Below are positions 24,196-35,213 of a stretch of DNA of 64,000 nt, piece by piece. This DNA is from Lama glama (lineage: Eukaryota), in assembly GCA_028534125.1 (NCBI GenBank), contig CM052824.1, forward strand, positions 14,694,001-14,758,000. Direction: 5' to 3'. Below the pieces are notes generated by a model, which saw only the letters and a list, made by a program, of their open reading frames with translations, was not told the origin of the DNA and searched no databases. The position numbers and the translations under genes are program-made. Position 1 is the first letter of the stretch. Every line of letters begins with the position of its first letter.

Positions 24196-24320
24196 NNNNN
24201 NNNNNNNNNNNNNNNNNNNNNNNNNNNNNNNNNNNNNNNNNNNNNNNNNNNNNNNNNNNNNNNNNNNNNNNNNNNNNNNNNNNNNNNNNNNNNNNNNNNN
24301 NNNNNNNNNNNNNNNNNNNN
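24150..24320. other. Assembly gap (171 N) covering the GADD45A stop codon and proximal 3' UTR
   Basis: Run of N. Confidence 1.
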
Positions 24321-24766
24321 GAGTTCAACTACGTGTTCTGGGAGCCCGGAGATAGATGACTTTGCAGATGGAAAGAGGTAAAAATGAAGAAGGAAGCTGT
24401 GTTGAGACAGAAACACAAGTCAAAAGGAACAAAAATTACAAAGAACCACGCAGGAAGGAAAACAAAACTATGTATTAATTTAGGATCGTTGAGTTACATT
24501 TAAGTAAACCAAATATGCTTTGTTAAAGTTTAAATGTGCAGCAGTAGTGTGGGTATTTTTGGTTCATATGCTCTCAAGTCAAAGAAAAGCAGAAAGGGTT
24601 AATCCTATTTTAAAACCATATTTTATTGTATTTTGATGAGATGTTAAATTCTCAAAGTTTTATTATAAATTGTACTAAGTTATTTTGTGACATGAAAGGT
24701 TATTTATGCTATAAATTTTTGGAAACAATACCTACAATAAACTGGTATGGAATAATTGCATCATTT
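24321..24766 (+). other. GADD45A: GADD45A AU-rich 3' UTR (visible part)
   Basis: Closely resembles the recalled human 3' UTR (gagttcaactac.tgttctggg.gcccggagatagatgactttgcagatgg...). U-rich tracts present. Confidence 0.85.
24736..24741 (+). terminator. GADD45A: GADD45A polyadenylation signal AATAAA
   Basis: AATAAA followed by a GU/U-rich element at about 24772-24792. Confidence 0.85.
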
Positions 24767-24967
24767 CTTAATGTGTGCTTTTGTTTCTTTTTACTTGGAC
24801 TTTATTTTGAACGAGTTTTTTTAATATGGAAAAATTAAAACCCTCCTGAAATGATTATACATACGTGTATATATAGTATATGTGTGTCTATATTATATAA
24901 ATGGTGTGTATATATGTATGCATATATATTTTTCCCACTTTTAAACATTTGGGCTGGACATGGCATG

Positions 24968-25078
24968 ATTTTGCCTTTTAATTTATTATTTAATGGAAAT
25001 TTTACCGATGCCCTGCTCTACTATAATTTTGCTTTTTAATTTATTATTTAACAGGTATTTTACTGGTACCAGCTCTAC
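24968..25078 (+). repeat. Diverged tandem duplication, period 58 bp
   Basis: attttgccttttaatttattatttaa...gctctac occurs twice, starting at 24968 and 25026. Confidence 0.8.
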
Positions 25079-28000
25079 CTGCTCATCCAAAGTCAGAAAA
25101 ACAAAGGTGATTTAAAAGGAGTTGGAGTTAGGGAAAAGTGTTAGAAATTGCTCTTGATGAACCTGAATAAATCCTTACATTTCAGTGCTATTAGTGCTAT
25201 AAGAAGATTATATGCAACATGTTAAGGAAACAATGAGGAAAGAGTTGACCGAAGCTACCTGCAGGACCAGTGAAGTTATTGGGGAGAGATCATTTTATTT
25301 GGATCTTAAACCAGGAAGAGGTTATTGCTAGCAGTAGTTTCTGAAAAAGTGTGGCGGCCTGAAAGACCAAAACTTGTTCAGGGGACAAAGAGGGATTCTG
25401 TGTGCCTCTGGTGTAGGAAGATAAGGGAGAGATAAGGTTGAAAAGGTAGGTGGGGATTAGGCCCAGGCTGAAGGGCATTCTGTGTCACCTTAGCATTTGG
25501 GCTTCCTTCTGTAAACTTTGGCCAGTCTGCAGAGGCCTTCACACAGGGAGTGACGTGATCAGTGTTCTAGGACGATAACACTGGGGACTGGAAGACGGGT
25601 TACTGGGATAAGCGGCCGTAGGTAAGAAGGCCAATTAGAAAATGACTGTAACAGTCCAAGGCTGTGCCCTGTGCAGAGGCATGTTCAGGGAACAAGCAGC
25701 CTGCCAAAGATTCCGGTGCCTTCTCTTTCTAGAGCTGTGTGCCTTCCAGCTGTCTGCTACAGTTCTAAGGGGTTTGGTTAAATTATATCAGATGGGAGAG
25801 ATGGAAGAAAAGAGCAGAAGAAATGAAAGGCTTCAGCAGAAGAGACATTTTTACTTGGAACAGTCACTTGATAAATTAACTGCAATAATCTCTTGAAGAT
25901 ACAGCCAAAGAAAGCAAAAAACAAACAAAACCTACTGAGGCGAGGCCTAACATAGCCTTAGTCCACAGGATTTTTCTTTGCCTCCTTCTCAAACCATACC
26001 CCCCAGGGCTCCCCTGCCACCTGTCTCCCATCCTTGTCATGACTCCAGGCAATCAGGCAAAAGTAGAAACAGGAGAGAAAAACCAGCTAACAGTAACAAC
26101 AAAAAAAGCCCTCCAAGTTTCTGCCTATCTTAGGAATAACACAGGCCGCTGAGCCCTTCACCTTGCAATTAAGTTTCTGTTTTTCCACATCTGCTAGAAA
26201 TGTGGGTTTTCAGGCCTTGTTTAGACTTGTTGCATCTTACTTAAGCCAGGGCCCAATCCAAAACATGACTGATATTTAATACTCATTTCTTACATTATCA
26301 AAAGATTGAGAGCAGTGCATTTTAAACAGAATTTTTTTTAAACCTTCCCACTAAAGTAAAAAAATATTTCCAATCCTTTTTCACAACTACTTCATGAAAA
26401 ACCCTTCTGCAGAGATGAGAGAATTAAACTAGGAAGGCTGAGTGGAGAGGAGCATGATGACTTGATGGAAAGAGCGGCCAGTATTAGTTCCACATTCCTT
26501 TTTCCTCATCTGCAAAAAAGATAAAGTCTCCCATCTTGCAGAGTTGTTCCTCTCCTACAAGACTGTAACTTCCCGAAAGGTCAGAACCAATAATTGTAGT
26601 CCAGTACTTAGCACCCTTCTAAGCGCACAGTGAGTACTGAATGAATATTTGTTGACTAAATGATTTAGAAGTAATGAATGCAAACTACCTGGCGTATGGC
26701 AGGTACTCAATATGGTGTGTCTATTACTAAAACTTAGGCGACAGCAATCAGAAAATTTTTGAGGCATCAGAGAAATCCATTGCTTGTAACATGGTATATA
26801 TATTGGAAGGAAAACGTCTTGAATCTGTATTCTAAATTCATAGTGTTTAGAGATAGAAAGTGGTAGTATACATTCTTCAGATGGTTTTGTTTCGGGAAAA
26901 ATTTCAACAACGAATGCAATGTTGTTTTGGTTTTTAAATTTTGGTTTTTAAATTTTAACTGTTGTTATTCTTTCCTGATTGAACACAACACAAAATTAAC
27001 ATGGCACTGAAAAATCCAGTCACGAAACAGTTAATTGTAAACAAGTGTGCAATCACCGGGGCAGATGCTACCTCTAAAGGATGCTAATATCTTTCAGTTG
27101 TGGCTTTAAATGCCATTAAACCTACTTGTTGCAAGTAGGTAGAAATGTTTTAAAAGGAACAAAAATCCCCTCCTCTACCTGAGGTGTGTTGTTTGTGGAA
27201 AATACCTACTTTTTCCACTGGCAACTTCACCCCAGTGTCAAAAATAGCACTGCCTCCTCCTTTCCACAGTTCACCAAGGCCCTCAGTAAGTGAAACTTCT
27301 GTAACGAAAGGACTCATGAAGTCCACAAAATTTCATTTTCTGTAATAGGTATTTTATTTCCCAAACAAAGAAAAAAGGGTCATTACTAGGAAAAAGCTGT
27401 CTGCATATGTCAATTGGAAGTATTTCCAAAGCACGTTTTGAGATGCCTTACTGGAACACTTGTGAAGTCATTGTTTCTTCAGTTTTCAACTGTATGGATT
27501 AAATTTTATTCGTTGATAAGCGGGGAAAGGCTGCAAGCAAGGAAGTGTGTTTCCTTCAAACGAATAAAACTCTCAATGGCATGATTTAACACCAGGCTGG
27601 TGTCCCTCAAATTGAGTAGAACCTTTTTTTTTTCTTTCCTTTTTAACAGTCCTTAGATAAACATAAGAAGCTCTGTGAGAAGGCTGTGTTCATGAAGACC
27701 ACCAAGAAGTACTTGGCGCATACTCTGGGCAAGGGGCTATGCTGGTTGTATTGAAGTCTACAAAAACTCAGACACACGCACTCTGGCTTTGAGGAGTCCA
27801 TGGTCTGGTGAAGCAATGAGACGCACACATCAACTGATACAATCCAAAGAAAAAAGTGCCCGGAACATAAGAAGGGCCCAGAGAACTGCGATGGGAATCC
27901 AAAGGGTAGACATTTCTGGAGGGCACATGGGGATGACATGGAGAAAAAGATTGTAAGTTCTTTGATCAGAAGCTAGCATCGTATTTTGCAAGCTGCACAA

Positions 28001-28765
28001 ATTACTTAATTGATTGAATATGGAATAGAATGCTTAGTGCTGAGGCGAATTCACAGATGTAGCCTGTAAGGAGGGTTTGTCCTTAAGAAGTTTATCATCA
28101 AATAAGGAAATCAAGATTAGCAATTCACTTCTTTAGCACTATTTATGGAAAGCCTATCATGTAGCTGGCATGGTGTTAGGTCCCGGGGCTGCAAAAGTGA
28201 AAAAGTAAGGTCTCTCACTTTAAGGATGTGCACAATTTACAGCAGAAGACTCACACCTGTGATGCAGGGCGACGTGTGATGACGTGTGACGTTCAAGGCT
28301 GACGTGTTCCTGGGGGCCGGGAAGGTCTGCCAGATCCAGGGTGACCCAGAGGATGAGGAGACATGAAGGGGACTTATTCCAGGAGGAGAACGGCAGCTCT
28401 GGAGGGTAGGAACCCGAGGTATGTTTGGGGCGAGCTTCCGGGGCAACTCACAGGGCTTGCTACAGGCTGAGCACAGCTCTAAGCACTTTACAGGAACTTA
28501 CTAGCACTCACAACCACTCGGTGGAAATAAATACTATCATTGCCTCTATTTTGAAGGTGAAGAGACTGATACACAGAGAGAGAAATTTGTCCAGAGTCTG
28601 TTAGTAAGTGGCGAATCTGAGATGCACACCGAGGCCCTGGAATCCATACTCTCCAATGACAGGTGGTGAAGTGGGAAAAGGTGGTAGGAAGCAGATCATA
28701 AAAGACCCTGCAAACCAGCCCCCTTTTTTTGGTAGGAGATAGAAAGCCATTTAAAAATAGCTGCT

Positions 28766-28870
28766 GGGAGGGGAGAGGATAGCTCAGTGGTAGAGCACAT
28801 GCTTGCAGTCCTGGGTTCAATCCCCAGTACCTCCATTAAAAAACAACAGCAACAACAACAACAACAAAAA
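28766..28870 (+). mobile_element. tRNA-derived SINE with an internal deletion and (CAA)n tail
   Basis: TAGCTCAGTGGTAGAG and GGTTCAATCC boxes. The tail has evolved into CAA repeats. Confidence 0.85.
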
Positions 28871-28959
28871 ACTGTTAAAACTGAGAAAAGAGGCAGTGTG
28901 CTATTACCACAACGAGAGAGGCAAGGAAAAGACGAAAATTATGGCTCATGAAGTCCTAA

Positions 28960-29270
28960 TGTGAGGTTGGAAACTGGCAGCCATGAGAACTGTGGCTCAT
29001 AGAAATTTTTTTGAATCAATTGTCAACATGTAAACATGGAGAAATTTCTTAGAAAAACCTTGATTTCCATTGTCTCTTGAAAAGTTGCCCTATGTGGCAG
29101 CAGCGGCCCACATTCTGCATGGCAGTGTTTGGCCGGAGCTGAGGGGAGGCTCCTTCCTTGTAGACAAGGATTTCTAGTTTGCCACAGACCTCCCTCCTCC
29201 CTATTGTGAACTCGAGCCTGCCGGACTCAGGCATCCCTTCCTAATCCTTTTAGGCATGTGGGGTCTACCC
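28960..29270. mobile_element. MER102-like hAT-Charlie element
   Basis: gaaatttc...gatttcc...tctcttgaaaa...tggca.ca..ggcccacattc.gcatggca...gg..ggagctgag motif. Confidence 0.55.
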
Positions 29271-29374
29271 TTCATTCCCCAACAACAAATCTCTCTCGGT
29301 CTGGGGCTCAGACTCTTCCTGTGTAAAATGAGTTATTTGCACTATCAGAATTTCTCACATTGTTCCGATGATAA

Positions 29375-29523
29375 TGGAGACCTAGAGATGTTTGTAAAAA
29401 TACAGCTTCAAGACCCCTTCCCAGGAGCTTCAGATTAAGTGGGGCTGGGAAAAGTCTGTATTTTTTTTTTTTAACAAGTACTTCAGGCAATTCTTATTAT
29501 CAGGGAAGTCTGAGAAACACTGC
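29375..29523. mobile_element. MER5-like hAT-Charlie MITE
   Basis: ctgtattttt..aacaag...cagg..attctt...ggaagtctgagaaacactg terminus. Confidence 0.6.
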
Positions 29524-31919
29524 GCGCTTTCTTGGAGTTCTTCCAGCTGAGACTCAGCAGAACCACTCTTTACAAATCTCGAGGGAGGGAGAGAGGACAG
29601 CTTTCATCTGACCAGTTTCCAGGCTCCCTGATGTCAGCCCACCAGGAGTGGAGGAATACACATTTCTCTGCAAATCTTGAAGGGATTCCCAGGGAAGAGG
29701 TATAACCAGAACAATTTGCTAACTGTTGACAGAGTTAGAATTCACTAGTTTACTAAGGTGATTACTGTACAAGTTATGAGACCCACACAAGGTGGGAGAG
29801 GCCACCAACAGGATGGCTCTTAGCCCCGCCTTGAACTGACCCTGAGCAACAGACCTGTCACGTGCCAGACACAGTGCTGGGCTCTTGGGCAAGACAAGGA
29901 AGAAGCTGATTAGCATGATAAAAACCACCTGTTGTACAGAGCACTTGTCAGGGTAAGCGCTCCAGAGGTGACTGGAGTTTCTAGTTTTCTTATTAGCACT
30001 TTCTGGCTTATAACAATCCATTTGATTTCTTGCTAATGCACTTGAGACTCAGAGAGGTCAAGAGACTCACGCCTCCAAAGCCACATGGCGAGGGAGGGGA
30101 GAATCAGAATTCTACAGTAAACTCAGTCTCTCAAGGAGGCCAACCAGACAGCAGAGGTTAGCCTGGGGAGGATGAAACTAATTGGATCTAATCTTTTACT
30201 TAACTACTAAGTGGGACAGAGCCTCAGGAAAACTAAAGGAGACAACCCCCCCCCCAGAGAATTCTAAGAATTGTTCTCTTTCATTTTAGAACTTCATCTC
30301 GGGGAAAAATGATTTTTGTGCCCCTGGGTGCTCTTCTGCTATTGTATTTTCTACAATTAAGTGTCTGAGAACTTATGCAGAAAAGCAGCAAACTCCTAGC
30401 ATCACCACTTAACACCTGATTACATCACCACATTGTAATCACATTACAATCATCAAAATAATCACTCTGTGAGAAATGGTTCACCTGGAGAAGAGCCTTC
30501 TGATTTCATTTTGTTTCTTCGTGAAACTGTTATGGATAGAGCTGACAAAGGAGCAAGCAAAAGAGTACAGCAGTTAAGACAATGGGCTTTTATAGCCAGA
30601 AAGACCTGCGTCTTGGGTCTTGGATCCCATCTAGAATTTGGGAAAGTTAGTGTAACTTCTCCCAGTCTCAATTTATTTCTCCTAGAAAATGGGAAAAGAA
30701 ACAAGGCTTGTATTATTGTCCCCACCTCCCCTGGGGAATAAAGAAAACAATGTGTAGAAAGCACTTGACTCAGTTCTTGGAAGTACTGGATATATGTAAC
30801 CTAATGATAATTACATCTCCCATGAGAATTTTTCTGTGCATGTATGTTATGTATATATTCTACATAATTTTATGTTTGCAAACGTAGAGGGTTATTTAAG
30901 TGAAAAAGAACCCCCCGTCCCCCAGTAAACTACATAGCCCAACAGAGCTGAATATGGAAAGACACCATCCAATTAAATTATGTTACTTTCCCTTAATCTA
31001 GTTTCTCCTTTCCATTTCCATTAACTTAATTTAGTCCTTTATCACTCAGTTGGATTATCAGAACAGTTTCTGTTCAAAATCAATGGCTGAGCCCATGCTG
31101 TGCGCCAGAGTCCAGGGAAGGGCGATGCTTGACTGAAGTCCTGAAGCACCGTTTTCTGGCCTAACCGAGTCAGGGAAGAAAAATGTGGCGCACGAGGGAC
31201 TCTTTTAGTCTGCGGTGTTTGCTAGAGGATTAAGTGTTAGGAAGGGAGTGGAGAAAGGTAGGCTGAAAGGGTAGACAGAGACCAGATCATAGAGGGCCTT
31301 GTGTTCCCTCTCAAGAAGCATGGCTTTGCCCTGCAAGCACTGAGGGGGCTCCAAGGATTTTATATAGAAAAGCAAAATGGGCTAAGAGTGATCTATGGTT
31401 CACTCTTCTCAGACGCGTTCAGTTGCCCAGATCCGTGTGATGGAGTTTCAGGGGAGTGTAATGTAAAGGGACAGCTATTCATTCTTCTCGTCAGTTCTGC
31501 CCGCCTCCTCCGTCCTTCCCTGAATCTTCTCTCTTGTTAGCAGCCCTCTCCCCAGACTCAAAAATAGCTTTGAAATATAGGCCTGGCTCATCCTTCTGGC
31601 CGTGGTGATTGGTTGGGGGATAAATACGTGACTTCAGCCGGACTAATCAGAGATCTTCCTGAGACTTCTCTGCCAGCGTAGCGAATCTCTTTGCGGCGCT
31701 GCCAAACTGATGGATGGACGCGTCTAGGGTGGCTAGCAGCGGCCCGCCCGCCGCCCAGACTGAGTCTGTTGAAGAGCAAGGGCAGAGGTGAAACCTGAAA
31801 GCAGAGCTCCTGACGCCGGCTGTACCTGAAGTGAGGCCCGTGGATTTTCAGTAATGTGCGTCAACAAATTTCATTTTCAACTAAAAATAGGGTTTTAGTT
31901 TTATTTGCAACTAGAAGTG

Positions 31920-32004
31920 AGGGACTGAGGGATTTCCTGGACGCGAGACTTTCAGGGCTAAAACTGAGACAGTCCCAAGTAAACAGAAGCGGTTGGTTAT
32001 CCTA
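31920..32004. mobile_element. MER81-like hAT-Blackjack fragment
   Basis: gggactgagggatttcctggacgcgagactttcagggctaaaac...gtcc...gttggttatccta. Confidence 0.65.
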
Positions 32005-32049
32005 ATACCAGGGGTGGGTGGGGTGGGTGGGGAGGTGGGGCAACCACAG

Positions 32050-33720
32050 AGGCTGGAGTCTAGACGGAGTAGTTCAGTCAAGGGATGATTCGGGTCTCAG
32101 CTTACAGTTGGTGAGGAAAATCAGGGCTGGATTTGAACAGTGTTTGGGAAATGAAATAGGCACGACCGATTTCACAGATATAAGGAATGAGGGGGAATTC
32201 TTGAAGGCCTCTCAGATTTCCAGCTGGGGAAATTTAGTGATGATACTGCTATCAATTAAAGTTTTGGGAGGGGAGCTGGGTTTAGTCTTGGACACATTGT
32301 ATTTCAAGCCGTGTGTGACCATCAACTAAAACTGTCCTGTAGAAGAGGTAAGTCTGATGTTTGGCCCAATAGTTGGTCTGGAGGCTCTGTTTTGGGAATC
32401 CTCGGCGTATAATAACAGTGAGAGTGGGTGAGCTCTCCAGGAAGAATGGTGAGGGGAGAAGAGCAGCAGTGGGTGGGGAATAGAAACCTGGGACTGAGGG
32501 TGGGATTTCAGAAGGCAGACAGAGGAAGAGGAAACAGAGGGGAAATAGGAGTCTGATGTCACAGAAGCTGGTGGGGCAGAGGGTGAGTTAACAGCGGAGA
32601 ATAATTCCCGCTGTTAGATGAGTCCCTGAGACCGAAAGTTTCCATTGAATTTGGAAATTAAGAGTTCACTTGGCTGTTTTACTGGGCAAAGTCAGTTTCG
32701 TTATCCTGGTGGAAGTAAGACTACGTTGCAGTCTGTTGAGAAGCTGGGAGGTGGGGAAGAGAAGACAGGGAAGGTAGACTACCCTCTGGAAACATTTTGA
32801 TAAAGAAGGAAAGAAGAGGATAAGGGGCTTCGGGAATAGCTGGAGGACGTGGCCTTTAACCCAAGGTTGCTTCTCACCCGTGAGCCTGATGGGAGTTATT
32901 TGGATGCGTGTGATGGGGACATTTGGATGTGGGAAGGTAGGACGTTTTAAGAATTCAGGCCAAATGACCGACCCCTACATTTATTTTTTTTTGATGGGGA
33001 AGGCAGAATTATTTGCTTGATGGGAGGGAGATAAATAGGGTTTGAGAAGGGTGATGAAAGTTTGGAATGGAGGAGTTGAATAAGGACTAATGAAAGAATT
33101 GTGAAATTCTGCTGAGGGCTCATCAGAGGTTAGAAACACCTCTGCCAGTTTCTCTCCAAGTTTATCCTCCTTGTTCATTCTAATTATCTTTAAGAAAACA
33201 AGGCTTGTCATGTCAGGACCCTGCTTAAACAACTCTACCAACTCCCACCACCCTTTGCCTATATGATCAGTAAAAACCCTTAGCCTTTGATGACTTAACT
33301 CAAAGTTCCTTCACAGCCTCATCAACATTTTCCTTCTCTTACTCCCCACACAGAGATCTGTTACCTGATACCCCAGACTTCTTCAGAACCTAGCATTTGT
33401 ACACACTGTTTTTGCTGCCAAGAATATCCTTTCCCTATTCTTCACTAACTCCTACTCATCCTTCAAAGCCCAGCTGATATATTGCCTCCCCTGTGAAACC
33501 TTTTCTGACTTATTCAGGCAGGGTGACTTTTTATAATAGCATTTACTACATGGCACAGTAAATTTATTGTTTCTGTACCCCCTACTGCCCACCCCCAAAA
33601 CGCCACCCTCACTATCAGGAGATCCTAGTCTTTTCTGGGTTTATCCTAAGACATACTTAGCACCGTGCTAGTAGCAACTACTACGCTCCTAGTAGGAGCT
33701 CAACAAATGGATGAATTCCT
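32050..33720. mobile_element. L2 fragments
   Basis: L2 motifs (caggtttc.agctgg; tgtttggcccaatagttggtctggaggctc; tccattgaatttggaa; aactcctactcatccttcaaagcccagct). Confidence 0.5.
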
Positions 33721-34595
33721 CTTTGTCCTGCTTCTAAAAACCAAATGCCATTATTCACATTTAATGTTTGAGTGATCTGGTTTTCTTTTTGAAGTTGTAT
33801 TTTATGAACTTATGAGATATTTGCTGAAGAACTTTACTTACTTAATTCTATTAATTGCTTATATACAAAATACCTTTCTACAATTCATTTTTCCTTAAAT
33901 ATTTTTTCCAGTCCTGATGATGAGTCAGTAGCTGAAATATCAGGAAGTGATTCTTTAAATACCTTTTAAATATCTATAATTACACACAGCAAACCCACAT
34001 ACCCTTCTATGACCCCATACTAGATTTTGCTTCTTTCCCTCCTCATTTTCAGTTGAAGGAGGAAAATGTAAAATGACTGGGGACGAAGTTGCAAAAAAGC
34101 AGCCAAAAGTGAATTGCTCTCCTCTCCAAAATTTGTGTAAAACTTAGAGCTAGAAGAAATCTTAACAATCTACCTAGCCTAAATCCTTCTTTAAAAATAG
34201 ATCTTTTTTTTTTCTGGAAACAGGACCAGAAGTAATGCAAGTCCTAAGGTTGCACAGCAAATCAGTGGCAGTTCAGCTAGAACCTACATTTCCTGATTCC
34301 AAGACATGTGCTTTCTCTTATTTCATACTGACAACTCATGGAAAACTGCATTAAAAAAAAAAGCATGTCAAATGTACTTTTTGGGTCTCTCTAAACTTCC
34401 ATTACCTCATGTGTAAAGTAGGGATAATAATAGTAGCGACCTCATGGGATTGTTGTGAGAATTAAATGGATTAATAGACGCAAGATGCTGAGAATAGTAC
34501 CCGGCCATGGGGAGTCTAGTATTGTTTGTTCTTCTTTAAGGTCATTACATTCCTGATTACTAAGGAACTAATTTGCTGACTTGACTTTGATTAAT

Positions 34596-35213
34596 TTTAT
34601 TTAAATTTTTTTAATTCAAAAAAAATTTTGTTACTGTGTTGACGTACAATATGTTTCAGGTGTACAACATAGTGACTCACAATTTTTAAAGGTTATACTC
34701 CATTTACAGTTATTATAAAATATTGGCTGTATTCCTTGTGCTGTACAATAGATTCTTGTAGCTTATTTATTTTAGTACATTGTAGTTTGTGCCTCTTAAT
34801 CCCCTCCCCACACTCCACTGGTGGCCCGTAGTTTGTGCTCTATATCTGTGTGTTTCTTTTGTGTTATATTCTCTGATTTGTTTTTTAGATTCCACATACA
34901 AGTGATATCATATAGTATTTGTCTTTCTCTGTCTGACTTATTTCTTTTAGCATAATACCCTCCAAGTCTATCCATGTTGTTGCAAATGGCAAACTTTCAT
35001 TCTTTTTAATGATTGAGTAGTATTCCAGTGTGTGTATGTATACCACATCTCTATCCATTCATCTGTTTATGAACACTTAAATTGCTTCTATATCTTAGCT
35101 ATTGTAAATAATGCTATGAACACTAAGGTGTGAGCATCTTTTCGAATTAGTGTTTTTGTTTTTTTCAGATACATATGTAGGAGTGGAATTGCTGGGTTGT
35201 ATGGTAGTTCTGT
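34596..35213 (-). mobile_element. L1 3' end
   Basis: tttcaggtgtacaacatagtgactcacaatttttaaagg...gattccacatacaagtgatatc...tccatgttgttgcaaatggc...ggagtggaattgctgggt.gtatggtagttct. Confidence 0.85.
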
